From a virus (taxonomy: Duplodnaviria; Caudoviricetes): a stretch of 64,000 nucleotides of DNA. The translations under genes and the position numbers were made by a program. The stretch covers positions 12,465 to 76,464 of IMG/VR virus record IMGVR_UViG_3300028048_000123, one strand, 5' to 3'. Shown one piece after another: positions 41,918 to 51,927 of this stretch. Position 1 is the stretch's first letter, and the number at the start of each line of letters is the position of its first letter. The notes below the pieces were generated by a model. It had not been told where the DNA came from, searched no databases, and worked only from the letters and a program-made list of their open reading frames with translations.

Positions 41918-42715
41918 TTATCTTGTCTCCTTCCAAAGTTTTGTTAAGAAATTAAGCATAAAAGGCTCTTTTGAAATAGTCTTTGTAATCAATTTTTGCT
42001 TATATTCATTTGTTATTTGATAAACTGTAAAGCTTAAATCACTTTGTGTCTTCATAAACTCTTTAAAAGCTAATAATTCAAGCACATTAAAGAAGAAATA
42101 GAAGTCTGGCTTATCAAAATCTTCTTTATAGTTAATAAAACCGCTTAAGCTTAAGGCATCTGCATAACCTGCTTTATCTATATTTTTAATAATTTTGTCG
42201 CATAGGTTAATAGTTTGCTCAATAATCTTTTCTGAGATGTTCAATAGCTGACCTGGTGCCTTTACAACCTCAAATACAAGGTCATTTCTTAAAACCGTAT
42301 GTGTAATAGCTATTATCTCTTCTTTTGAATATGGCTCTAAGGTCCATTTTGTGCATCTATTAAGCACTGTATCTAAAAGTCCTACAGTAGATTCCGTCAA
42401 AAGCACGATATAGCTTGCAGTTGGTGGCTCTTCAATAAACTTTAATAACTGATTTTGTTGTCTTTCTGTGAATAAACCTAAGTCTATAATAAAAAGTCTT
42501 GGCATAGATAACTGTCTATACTCAATCAAGTCTTCGGGGTCTACCTTCTCAACAAGCTCAATAACCTCAAGCTCAAACTTTTCAGCTATCGTGTCAGCTA
42601 TTAAATGCTTACCGCTACCGTCAGGACCAATAAGCATTAAAGTCTTTGGCAGATTATCTAAAGTAAGCTGATTTATTTGGCTAACTATCTTGTTTTGTCC
42701 GATAATCTCTTTCAT
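41918..42715 (-). CDS. holB: Clamp-loader delta-prime-like subunit
   Basis: IIGQ, GPDGSGKH, LLKFIEEPP, TVLNRC. Confidence 0.7.
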   Translation of the reverse strand: MKEIIGQNKIVSQINQLTLDNLPKTLMLIGPDGSGKHLIADTIAEKFELEVIELVEKVDPEDLIEYRQLSMPRLFIIDLGLFTERQQNQLLKFIEEPPTASYIVLLTESTVGLLDTVLNRCTKWTLEPYSKEEIIAITHTVLRNDLVFEVVKAPGQLLNISEKIIEQTINLCDKIIKNIDKAGYADALSLSGFINYKEDFDKPDFYFFFNVLELLAFKEFMKTQSDLSFTVYQITNEYKQKLITKTISKEPFMLNFLTKLWKETR

Positions 42716-42719
42716 TTAA

Positions 42720-43739
42720 TTAATTGCCTCTGCAAAGTTTCAATAAGTAAGCTTCTACTGTTGCTTTTTGTGATAAATCATATTTGATATTTGTCTTTAG
42801 GTTAAGCAAATACTCAGCAAGCTTATTATACCATAGGCCTGCACCATCAAAACTTGTCAAGTATTGCACTTCGCTCTCCAAATATTTTGGAATAGCTGTA
42901 ATATCTATGCTTTTGAATAGCACATATTTATTTAAGTCGAGCACAAATTCTAAATATGAGCCCATGAATTGCTTTATATCACCATTTTTATCTACTTCTT
43001 CAATAGTTTGTATCATTCCTTGGGCATCTGCTGACAACAAAGTGTTAGTTAGCTTAAGCATAACTTCAAAAGCAAAGCTACCTAAGACCGCTCTTGTGTT
43101 CTCTAAGCTCAAATCGGCTGAATACGTAGCACATTGATCAAGCATAGTGATAGCATCTCTCATACAGCCCTTAGCAACCTTGCTAATTAGGTCTATTGTG
43201 CTATCATAGTTTGTGAATCCCTCTTGCCCACAAATATATTTTAAGTAGTTCTTAATGGAAATAGAATCAATTTTTGAAATATTATATCTCTGCATTCTGT
43301 TCAGGATAGTTTGTGGAAGCTTGTTAGGCTCTGTCGTGCAGAAAATAAAGATAGTGTATAGAGGTGGTTCTTCAATACCTTTTAAGAAAGCTTGCCAACC
43401 TGTTGAAGTGATAGCATGACATTCATCTATAATAAAAATCTTATAAATACCTGATAAACTTCTTTGATTTGCACTCTCTATAATAGCTCTTATGTTATCT
43501 ACAGAGCCATTACTTGCAGCATCAATTTCAATTGGGTCACCTTCGCCATTATTTATTCTGTTTGCGAAACAACGTGCAAGTGTAGTCTTTCCACAACCTG
43601 AAGCTCCTGCAAATAAATAACAATTTTTAAAGTTTTGAAGCTCTAATTGTTTCTCTAAAACCTTACAGACAACACTTTGTCCTGCAACTTGCTCAAAAGT
43701 TCTTGGTCTATATTTTACTGCTAAACTTTGTCTATCCAT
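42720..43739 (-). CDS. dnaX: Clamp-loader gamma/tau subunit
   Basis: LAVKYRP, GASGCGKTT, EIDAASN, IIDECH, GCMRDA. Confidence 0.92.
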   Translation of the reverse strand: MDRQSLAVKYRPRTFEQVAGQSVVCKVLEKQLELQNFKNCYLFAGASGCGKTTLARCFANRINNGEGDPIEIDAASNGSVDNIRAIIESANQRSLSGIYKIFIIDECHAITSTGWQAFLKGIEEPPLYTIFIFCTTEPNKLPQTILNRMQRYNISKIDSISIKNYLKYICGQEGFTNYDSTIDLISKVAKGCMRDAITMLDQCATYSADLSLENTRAVLGSFAFEVMLKLTNTLLSADAQGMIQTIEEVDKNGDIKQFMGSYLEFVLDLNKYVLFKSIDITAIPKYLESEVQYLTSFDGAGLWYNKLAEYLLNLKTNIKYDLSQKATVEAYLLKLCRGN

Positions 43740-43754
43740 CTATTACCTCTTTTT

Positions 43755-44120
43755 TTAAAGTATTTCTATTTGTGTTAGGTCATTTGCTGGCAACCAGCCA
43801 TTCCAAGCTATCATTAGGTCTTGCTTTTTGTCCATATCATAGCCAAATGAATTTACATAAATCATTCCGCCCATTTTTTTTGTGACAAAAATCTTTAAGT
43901 ACTCAAATCTTGGTGCCGTGCTATTATTCCAATTAGCTGCCAATGCTGAGTCTATATTTCCTACAATATCTTTCGCCACTTTGACTAAATAGCATCCTTG
44001 AACATCATATAAAGGCTTAGAATACTTAGGAATAATGAAAGTATTCGTCTCAGCATTATAATTGCTAAGGTCAGCAAATGCAACTTTATCTAATTGTTTT
44101 TGTATAATAGGTCTAATCAT
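43755..44120 (-). CDS. Hypothetical protein
   Basis: 121-aa ORF with upstream -10 motif. Confidence 0.6.
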   Translation of the reverse strand: MIRPIIQKQLDKVAFADLSNYNAETNTFIIPKYSKPLYDVQGCYLVKVAKDIVGNIDSALAANWNNSTAPRFEYLKIFVTKKMGGMIYVNSFGYDMDKKQDLMIAWNGWLPANDLTQIEIL

Positions 44121-44146
44121 ATCACTATAATAATATACAATAAAAA

Positions 44147-44168
44147 GTAGGCCGTTTTAACAGCCTAC
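44147..44168 (-). terminator. Intrinsic terminator after clpP
   Basis: GTAGGC(C)GTT/AAC(A)GCCTAC stem plus T tract. Confidence 0.7.
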
Positions 44169-44192
44169 CCTATATTTTCTTTTAAGTTTTTA

Positions 44193-44834
44193 TTAAGCAA
44201 GCTCATCAAAGTTATCAATAATTTTATCAATAATGCCATATTCTAGAGCTTCTTCAGCTGAAATATACCAGTCAAATGGCGCTTTCTTTTTATATAGCTT
44301 TTTATCAATCTTTGTGTCAGCTAATAATTGGTCATCAGCTTTTTTGCTAACCTTATCATAGTATTCTTTTGCTTTTTCTGCTTGCTCAGCTGTGCCTGAA
44401 ATTTGACAACTGCCACTATGCACTAGAACTGTTGAGCCAGGCATTGCAAAACGCTTGTGTCCTGCTGCTAAGATGTGTGCACCAGCTGATAATGCTGAAG
44501 CAAAGTTAATTGTCCATACAGGTGTCTTACTAATTTTAATAGCATTTATGATAACATTCATAACATCAACACTTCCACCTGGTGTATCTAATAAAAGCTT
44601 AATTGGCTTTCTTTCTTCGATAGCTGTATCTTTGTCCATAATATTGTAATTCATGATTTTTTTAACTATTGAAAGCGAATCATGGCCTACGCTATCATCT
44701 AACCAAATTATTCTATTCTTTTCTTCAAGCCATAGATCTCTCAAGTCTGGGTCTGGCAGCTCTAAGTTTGGCGTAAATGTTTTGATATTTCCTAAAATAT
44801 CGTCTAAGTCTTCATCTAATCTATACATTAGCAT
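44193..44834 (-). CDS. clpP: ClpP-family protease
   Basis: RIIWL, IKLLLDTPGGSV, catalytic Ser in ALSAGA, His in VLVHSG. Confidence 0.9.
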   Translation of the reverse strand: MLMYRLDEDLDDILGNIKTFTPNLELPDPDLRDLWLEEKNRIIWLDDSVGHDSLSIVKKIMNYNIMDKDTAIEERKPIKLLLDTPGGSVDVMNVIINAIKISKTPVWTINFASALSAGAHILAAGHKRFAMPGSTVLVHSGSCQISGTAEQAEKAKEYYDKVSKKADDQLLADTKIDKKLYKKKAPFDWYISAEEALEYGIIDKIIDNFDELA

Positions 44835-44853
44835 TCTCCTTTACTTTGTCTAT

Positions 44854-44867
44854 AATATTATACAATA
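44854..44867 (-). promoter_or_regulatory. Sigma70-type -10 promoter
   Basis: TATTGTATAATATT upstream of clpP. Confidence 0.55.
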
Positions 44868-44874
44868 TTATTTT

Positions 44875-45951
44875 CTAATTGTTGTTTTTTGTTTCTAAAT
44901 AATTAAGAGTTTTACCTTCTATTACTCTTCTATGCTTTAATATTTCAAAAATTATTCCACGTGATAGGTCAAGTCTTACATCCATACTGGCTTCTTTTAT
45001 AGTGCTATAAATAATATTTTGCTCTATTCAAACTACTTTTTTTCCGCTATTTATACCACGTTTTTTTGCTGCCATGCTCATTTTCTTTTTACTTTCCTCA
45101 GAAAAGTGCTTTCCAGTGTTTCATGGCTGATGCCCAGTTTTTCATTGGCCAGAATTATCGATAGAACATTTTTTTACTATTTCTGAACTTTCTTTTGTAA
45201 GGCCTTTATTTCAAGGGGTTCTTCCAAGATGAGCAAGTCTATTTTTTTCACGTGAAGCAGCTGATGGGTAATGTTTAGCTATACAATTTTTTGGCAATCT
45301 ACCCAGCTTTCAACCCTGCTCTATATAGCTAGCTAATTCATTAGGCATAACCATTTTTTCAAGCATTCCATTATTAATTGTTTTTCTGCCTTTTATTTTA
45401 TCCTTATTTGCTAACAGTAATTTTAATTTCTGCTCATCTGTCATAGGCAATTTCCCTATTTTTCAGTCTGGATTTTTAGCTAAAAAATCTTGCAAATTTT
45501 TACCACTGACATATCGCTGACTTACTGCATTATTAACTCACTTTCCATCTCTAAGACGTATAGAGTCATTCTGTTTATCTAATATATATAAGTCATTTAA
45601 GTTGCTTACTATTGATAATACTTCTGTTTCTGTTAAACTATTATCTGCAATTAATCTATTGCTTAGATAAGTAAGTGCTCGAAGCATACAATTATTAAAT
45701 CACCCCTTGCTGCATTTATATAAATAATAGTGAGCTAAAACATGGTCTTTATAAGTTAAGCACACTAGATTAGACTTAGAACTATCTACCTTAATATTAT
45801 TGTGCTTAAAATATGCCCTTGGTATAATATGATGTTTTTGAGTTTCAAATTTGGTATATTGCTTATTATAAGTGCTAACTAAATAAATATACTTATCTAA
45901 GTATTCATTATCAATAAAAATAGCTAAATCAAGTAATTTTTGTTTTTCCAT
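44875..45951 (-). CDS. HNH-type free-standing endonuclease with NUMOD repeats, 358 aa, 8 in-frame TGA
   Basis: HHIIPR...NLVCL...HVLAH; P-W-NKG, P-W-NTG, HFSEESKRKMS; TGA at 45700, 45538, 45463, 45310, 45211, 45142, 45121, 45028. Confidence 0.8.
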
Positions 45952-45969
45952 AAAAATAACCTCTTATAC

Positions 45970-45979
45970 TTAATTTAGC
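45970..45979 (-). promoter_or_regulatory. GCTAAATTA element
   Basis: GCTAAATTAA upstream of the HNH gene. Confidence 0.55.
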
Positions 45980-46019
45980 TTACTTTTTAACCATCTTTTT
46001 AAATAAAGTTGTTCCTGTA

Positions 46020-46403
46020 TTAATTGTCTTCATTTTTGGTATTCATATAGTCTATAAAATCAATCATTAAATTTTCATCGATAATATAATACATTTTTTG
46101 ATTTGGACCAAAATTAAATGCTACAATACCATAAGGCAAACCACGAAATACAGCTTCCCTAGTATTTTTTTCAAACCATTCTTTTTGGATAGAGATAGAT
46201 TTAGAATCAGTCATTTTAGTTTTGCATTCAACTAAAAATTTTCCAGCTACTACATCTCCAGGTGCCCACATAGTTGCCCCACTGTTTGGCTGTCTTTGGC
46301 CACTAACAGCTTTTGCCACAGATTTTTCTTGTTGTGACGAGAAAAATCTTGTTGGCTTTGGCTTGTCTGTATCTTTTATGCGTTCTCTTAAACCAAAGGC
46401 CAT
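46020..46403 (-). CDS. Small PD-(D/E)XK nuclease, Holliday-junction-resolvase-like
   Basis: QEK..AK...PNSGA...GDV...LVECKT. Confidence 0.65.
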   Translation of the reverse strand: MAFGLRERIKDTDKPKPTRFFSSQQEKSVAKAVSGQRQPNSGATMWAPGDVVAGKFLVECKTKMTDSKSISIQKEWFEKNTREAVFRGLPYGIVAFNFGPNQKMYYIIDENLMIDFIDYMNTKNEDN

Positions 46404-47572
46404 TAAGATACAAACTCCTTATCTGGAAGTCTATCAGCTGCTGTTGCTTCTTCTTGTGCATCAATTTCTGCTGAAGCTCTTGCATCTAACAATGAGCCAT
46501 AATTTGCATCTGAAGCACTAATATACTTAGTAAGCATATCCATGTAGCTTTTTTGGAAAGAAATATTTGTCTTAATATAATCAATTAAATCTGCTTTCTT
46601 ACCCTGTAAAGCTTTACCATTAGTATCTATATAGATTTCGCCTGTTTCTAAGTTTACCAATTGATAAGTTATATTATTTAGTCTTTTGATAAAATCAAAA
46701 CCAACAGCTATTTCAAGTAAATCATTTAGCCAATCTAAACCTGTTGCATATCTATAGGTAATGAAACCACCACCTCTATTGCAAGGAGCTGTTTTATTCT
46801 TCATAATCTTAAATTGAAGTCTAAAACCATCAGCACCTTCACCATTTGCAGCACCACAAGCATCCATGTCATCGCCCTTAGTAAACTTTCTTGTACCAAA
46901 TCTTACTGAAACTGATGAATAGAAACCTGGCGCACCACCACAAGGTTCTTTCCACTTTTGAGCACCTGTAAATGTCTTGCCATCGTCTCTAACTTGGTTA
47001 ATCATAATAAATATATTGTTTTTCTTTGAGCACAAATCAGCCATTTCTGCACAGAATGGATATAATCTTTTAGCCATTGTGCCACGCATACCAGCATCTT
47101 TTGTTAGGTCTTCTTTCAAAACTGCCTCTGGAATTAAGGCTGGAAGTGAATCTAAGACTATCATACCAACATCATCTGACTTTTCAAGCTCAATAATAGC
47201 ATCACAGATTTGTTCGCCTGATAAACCATTTGGGCTAAAATAGAAAAGCTTTGATAAATCAATACCATTCATAGCTGCTTGGAACTTTAAGTCTAATGAG
47301 TGTTCTACATCAACATATACACAAGTTTGATCTGGATGCTTTCTTTGATAAGCTGCTAATTCACAACATGCACCTGTTGTTTTACCAGAGTGTGGAAGAC
47401 CTGAATAAACACAAAGTCTACCTTCTGGCAAGCCACCAAATAGTACATAGTCCATACCAAAAGCACCAGAAGCTAATCTTTCATAACTTGGTAAAATGTT
47501 GCTTTTAATAATTAAATTGTCATCTTTGTACTGCTTATTAAGCGTCTTAACTGTATCTAAAATACTAGCCAT
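46403..47572 (-). CDS. recA: RecA/UvsX recombinase
   Basis: SGLPHSGKTT, YVDVEHSLD, IVLDSL, INQVR, KNKTAP. Confidence 0.93.
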   Translation of the reverse strand: MASILDTVKTLNKQYKDDNLIIKSNILPSYERLASGAFGMDYVLFGGLPEGRLCVYSGLPHSGKTTGACCELAAYQRKHPDQTCVYVDVEHSLDLKFQAAMNGIDLSKLFYFSPNGLSGEQICDAIIELEKSDDVGMIVLDSLPALIPEAVLKEDLTKDAGMRGTMAKRLYPFCAEMADLCSKKNNIFIMINQVRDDGKTFTGAQKWKEPCGGAPGFYSSVSVRFGTRKFTKGDDMDACGAANGEGADGFRLQFKIMKNKTAPCNRGGGFITYRYATGLDWLNDLLEIAVGFDFIKRLNNITYQLVNLETGEIYIDTNGKALQGKKADLIDYIKTNISFQKSYMDMLTKYISASDANYGSLLDARASAEIDAQEEATAADRLPDKEFVS

Positions 47573-47582
47573 TTATATCTCC

Positions 47583-48101
47583 TTAATTAAATGTATTTAC
47601 TGTTGGTGGTATTTCTGCATTTGAGCCAAGGTTCATGAATTTTGACTCTTGCATGCGAGACATTAAAATAGACTTTAATGAATCTACCATTCTATATAAG
47701 CTATCAAGCTTTGTCTTTAATAGGCTTGCTATTAAATTATATAAGGCACTTGTTGCTATTTCTGGCGCATTAGCTACTAAAGCTAGCTTATCCTTCACTG
47801 CTGCTGCACCGTCAAAGCTATTGAAGCTGATAGCAAATTGTTCTTTTTGTAAAGCTTCAGCAATTTCAGCCTTCATTGCTGATTTTTCTTTTACTTCCGC
47901 TAATTGATAAGCTGCTAATTGTAAAGCTAAAATATTATCTCTAATCTGTTCAATAGTCAAAGTATAAGCATTAGCATTAATATTCTCAATAAGCTCATTT
48001 GCATGCTTTACTATTGGGCCAATAATATCATTAGCTATTTCTACAAGCTCACCATAAGTTGTTTCAACTTTTTCTAAAGCATTTTGTAATTTGTCATTCA
48101 T
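47583..48101 (-). CDS. Helical protein, possibly a recombination mediator (UvsY-like position)
   Basis: All-helical ORF next to recA; the call is positional only. Confidence 0.35.
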   Translation of the reverse strand: MNDKLQNALEKVETTYGELVEIANDIIGPIVKHANELIENINANAYTLTIEQIRDNILALQLAAYQLAEVKEKSAMKAEIAEALQKEQFAISFNSFDGAAAVKDKLALVANAPEIATSALYNLIASLLKTKLDSLYRMVDSLKSILMSRMQESKFMNLGSNAEIPPTVNTFN

Positions 48102-48580
48102 TATTTATCCTCCATAATACTTGGAATAACTGTATAATCTGAATCCATAAATGTTCTTTTCTTGACTGATGGGATTGCTACTATATTATACGATGTGTCT
48201 TGAAGCATTTTAATATTGATTGATTTAAAGTCTAAGTCCTTTAATCTTTTAATTTCCTCTATTCTAACTGCTATAACTTTATCATGCGAAGAAAACCAAA
48301 TAATAACATAAGGATTCACACCTTCTAAGCCGCTATAACTTAACATATCTTCATATTGTGTTAGTTTTGCAAAATTAAAAGTATTTTCCTTAGTTTCTTT
48401 GCACTCAAGCATCCACAATTGCTTATTTACATATGCTAAATAATCACAAGGATTTTGTGATGTAACCTTATAGCCTGACATTTGATCCTTCAGTCTAAAT
48501 AAAAATGTATTTGGAAAACAGCTTCGCCAATTCTTGGCAAATCTATCTTCAAATTGTTTACCTAAAGTTGTTTTACTCAT
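48101..48580 (-). CDS. recU: RecU-like Holliday junction resolvase
   Basis: GKQFE, NPCDY, LECKET. Confidence 0.75.
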   Translation of the reverse strand: MSKTTLGKQFEDRFAKNWRSCFPNTFLFRLKDQMSGYKVTSQNPCDYLAYVNKQLWMLECKETKENTFNFAKLTQYEDMLSYSGLEGVNPYVIIWFSSHDKVIAVRIEEIKRLKDLDFKSINIKMLQDTSYNIVAIPSVKKRTFMDSDYTVIPSIMEDK

Positions 48581-49565
48581 TTATTTGTATCTTTCCTTTT
48601 GTTATTTTGTGTTTAATAAGCAATTTCTTAATAAAAGCCTCGCTACAATTATATTTTTTTGCAATATCAGCTCTTGACCAATTTTGTCTTACATAAAGCT
48701 CATATAAATAATCTGCTGTGAGTTCATTTTTAATATTATCAAAATACTGCTTCTTTGTTATATTATGATTAGCTAAAAATATTACCATTTTATCAACAGG
48801 TATATTAAAATGGGCCGCTGTTTCGTATTTATTATGATTTTGGTTTACAAAAAAATCGTATACGTCTTTTTCATTTATTTTTAAATAAAGCTGTTCATGC
48901 TTACATATGCCATATTTTTTATTTAATACAATTAATTTTGCAGTACAACATCCAAAATGGCTAGCTGTTTCTGTTAGTGTATGATTTTCATTTTTATAAT
49001 ATTGTATAAGCTCTGCTTTACTTGGTGTATAGTAATTTGGAATTACTATATTATATTTTTTAAGCTTTGCTCTAAAGTATGATTTACTACAGCCAAAAAA
49101 ATCACAGGCTTCTTTTTTTGTATGCCCTTCAACTATGAGATAATTATATAATCTATCATAAGTTAAGCCAAGTTCTAGCTTTTCATATAAAGCTTGCAAA
49201 TCTTTATAATCAGCTTCACTGAGCTGCTTTTTCTTTAAGTCATCTCGCCCAATTCAATGAAGCATGGATCTAACTGCTTTTAGATTAGCTGCAGCCATAG
49301 TATCAATTGTATGTAAAGCTAAGAAATAATGTGCTTTAATATGGTCAGCATAATGAAGTCTAACTAAATTTGTGCTGTTATTATCTATAGCCATATTATT
49401 TTGCTTATAGTATGCCCTTGGAATAATGTGGTGCACTTGACAACCTAGTTCTGTATTAGGCTGTGCATTATCTACTAAAAATTGTAAATAGTTTTTGCAA
49501 TCAGCCTGCTCTTTAAAAATAGCTATATTGCTAAGCTCTGTCATTTTTATATGTATATTAAGCAT
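48573..49565 (-). CDS. HNH endonuclease with C-terminal HTH repeats (joined through TGA 49254)
   Basis: HHIIPRAYY...NLVRL..ADHIKAHY, paralogous to 44875..45951; frame continues MLH-W-IGRDD. Confidence 0.75.
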
Positions 49566-49595
49566 ATTATAGTCTCCAATTAGTTTAGTATCTAT

Positions 49596-49606
49596 TTAAT
49601 TTAGCA
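49596..49606 (-). promoter_or_regulatory. GCTAAATTA element
   Basis: TGCTAAATTAA upstream of the HNH gene. Confidence 0.55.
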
Positions 49607-49651
49607 CTAAAAATAACATTATTTATCACTTTGTAGCCACTTACTTGCCTC

Positions 49652-50785
49652 TTACTTAAGCTGTTCTGGAATTACGTTAGTAATATCACCACGCACAAGC
49701 ATTACAGATCTATGATTACCACAGTTTAATGTGATAGCTTCATTCTTGCATGAGTCTAAAATAAACTTTAAGTCAGCTAAGTTAAGCTTCATTGCATAGC
49801 TTCCATCAATTATGCTACCTGTATTCGTTTTTACATATTCAACATTACCATTTTCATCTGTAATTACCATATCATCACCTGAGAATGTGCAAATGCCTTT
49901 AAGTTCAAATGTATTTAACTCTTTATTGCAGTTTTTATTAAATGTAATGATACGGTTAATGGCATTAGATAGCTCTGTTGCTGAAACAATAACTCTATTT
50001 TGATAGCTGTCAGCCATAAATTGCTTAATTAAATTAATAGGCCCTTGAATTTTTCTTAACATTACATCATCGCTATTTACAATAGCTGCCAAATAAGTTG
50101 TATCATTATAAAATACAGCTTTTGATTGCAAGAAGCCATTTGATAAAGCATCTGTACCATACATAAAATTAACATCTGTCTTGAATAGCTTAAATAATCT
50201 AACAATTCTGTCAGATAATAATAGCTTAATTGGTTTCTCTAACTTAAATGAATTAACACATGCACCAGTTGTAAAGGTAAAACAACCGTTTTCATCTAAA
50301 TAATAAAGCTTTTGTAATTCATCAATTTTTGCAGGATCAATTCCTTTTGTCTTTTGAATTTCTTTACTATTTACATTTAAAATGCTCATTAAAATATCGT
50401 TGCTAATATTCATATTAACAGTATCATTAACTAGCTTAATTACAGGTAACGTCATAAGCTTATCATTATCGTAGATTAATGGAATTTTATAACTGCTCTT
50501 ACCTACTTTAATAGTTAGATCTTGTTCACTAGCTTCTACTTCAAAAGCATCAGCTGTAATACCAGTGACTAAGCCTAAAAAAGTATTTGCATTTACAACA
50601 GCTCTAAAGTTAATATCTTCTGTTAAATTATATTTAACTGATACAAACCATTCTTTATTTGTTGCATTTAATGAAATAGCTTTATCTTTAGCTATAATCT
50701 CAACATTAGCTACATTCTTATCAGAACTAATAGCTGCTAAAATAGTATTAGCCACATCTTTAAATTCTTTTGTTTGAATAATCAT
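49652..50785 (-). CDS. dnaN: Beta sliding clamp
   Basis: 377 aa, LNATNKE (cf. ATDLE), three-domain beta-clamp size and pattern. Confidence 0.75.
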   Translation of the reverse strand: MIIQTKEFKDVANTILAAISSDKNVANVEIIAKDKAISLNATNKEWFVSVKYNLTEDINFRAVVNANTFLGLVTGITADAFEVEASEQDLTIKVGKSSYKIPLIYDNDKLMTLPVIKLVNDTVNMNISNDILMSILNVNSKEIQKTKGIDPAKIDELQKLYYLDENGCFTFTTGACVNSFKLEKPIKLLLSDRIVRLFKLFKTDVNFMYGTDALSNGFLQSKAVFYNDTTYLAAIVNSDDVMLRKIQGPINLIKQFMADSYQNRVIVSATELSNAINRIITFNKNCNKELNTFELKGICTFSGDDMVITDENGNVEYVKTNTGSIIDGSYAMKLNLADLKFILDSCKNEAITLNCGNHRSVMLVRGDITNVIPEQLK

Positions 50786-50816
50786 TGTTTATGCTCCTTC
50801 TATATATTATACAATA

Positions 50817-51824
50817 TTAATATTCTAAATCTATTCCTTCTGTGATAGCTTTGTAAATTGCTTCTTTTGGGAATTCTATGTGATTTTCATATATCTTTTC
50901 TAATGCCTCTTCTCTTGAAATTGGCGCAATGCCTTTCTTCTCATCGCCCTTTTCAAGCTTATCAAACTCAGCTCTGATAGAAACTGCTGCAGAATCAGCA
51001 TACCAACGACTTACGTTGTAAGGGTCGCACTTCATAGCCGGAGCTGTAATACCAAGTTCAATAGCTGCATTAATCATAATTTCAGGAAGACGCTTTTCAA
51101 CTTGTTCAGCATACTCTTCAGGACATTCAACTAAAACTTCGTCGTGCACTGAAATAATCAAGTGTGTGTCCCATGCTCTTAATTGAGGATCTCTATAGAT
51201 GTCAATCATAGCTTTTTTAGTAAGTGTTCCAGCAGAACCTTGAATTAAAGCATTAAAACATTGTCTTTCTGCTTGTGCAATTCTACCAGTATTAGCTTGA
51301 ATAATAACTGGTTCAAGCTTTTGTGTAGGCTCTTTAACATACCAAACCTTTTTGCCATTTCTATATTCTTGGCGCATATGCTTTTCGCCATGTAAAGCTC
51401 TTATAGCCATTTTTGTATAACAAGCATTGCTGATTTCACCATTGCTTTTCCAAGATGGGTCTTTGCTTCTTTGCCATTCATCAGACCTTTGTATCTCTTC
51501 TGCTAATACTTCCTTCCAGTATTTAACTGAGTATGACTCTTCAAGTCTGTTTTCACAGCCAATAAATGGGTTAAAGTTCTTAGCATCATCATTATCCTTT
51601 AGATAGATTTCATACTTTGGTAAGAACAAGTCAGGAAGTCTACGTCTACGACCTAATAAGCCCTCTACATAACCGTGTTCTCTCAAGAACTTCTTAGCAT
51701 TGGCAATAGCACTACCTAAGCCACCGAACATCTTGAAATACTTTTCAAGTAATTCAGTGCCTTCTTTAGCAGTCTTGCCCATTAGCGATCCTGCTCCTGC
51801 TCCAGACATTCCATAGTTGCCAGC
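50817..51824 (-). CDS. polA: PolA piece E: end of motif B through motif C
   Basis: AGNYGM, GYVEGLLGRRRRLP, AERQCFNALIQGSAG, SVHDEV; the frame begins right after the 10-nt insert. Confidence 0.85.
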   Translation of the reverse strand, partial: AGNYGMSGAGAGSLMGKTAKEGTELLEKYFKMFGGLGSAIANAKKFLREHGYVEGLLGRRRRLPDLFLPKYEIYLKDNDDAKNFNPFIGCENRLEESYSVKYWKEVLAEEIQRSDEWQRSKDPSWKSNGEISNACYTKMAIRALHGEKHMRQEYRNGKKVWYVKEPTQKLEPVIIQANTGRIAQAERQCFNALIQGSAGTLTKKAMIDIYRDPQLRAWDTHLIISVHDEVLVECPEEYAEQVEKRLPEIMINAAIELGITAPAMKCDPYNVSRWYADSAAVSIRAEFDKLEKGDEKKGIAPISREEALEKIYENHIEFPKEAIYKAITEGIDLEY

Positions 51825-51831
51825 TACGGCC

Positions 51832-51927
51832 CTAAAGAACTAGCGTTTTTCCAACAGAACGTCTTTCTTTTCCAGCTTTACTTGTTAGTCTAGCTGGTGA
51901 TTTAACTGTTATATTCGCTAGCTTCAT
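51832..51927 (-). CDS. polA: PolA piece D: 31-codon mini-ORF carrying the first half of motif B
   Basis: MKLANITVKSPARLTSKAGKERRSVGKTLVL-TAG; SD GGAGGTGA; TAATG overlap with the endonuclease stop. Confidence 0.75.
   Translation of the reverse strand: MKLANITVKSPARLTSKAGKERRSVGKTLVL

Noticed and set aside
51825-51837. Simple RF2-type +1 slip at CTT-TAG
   Set aside because: It would add three residues (RAV) between the motif B Lys and Tyr and break the helix spacing. It is not excluded, but is less consistent than a precise 10-nt skip.
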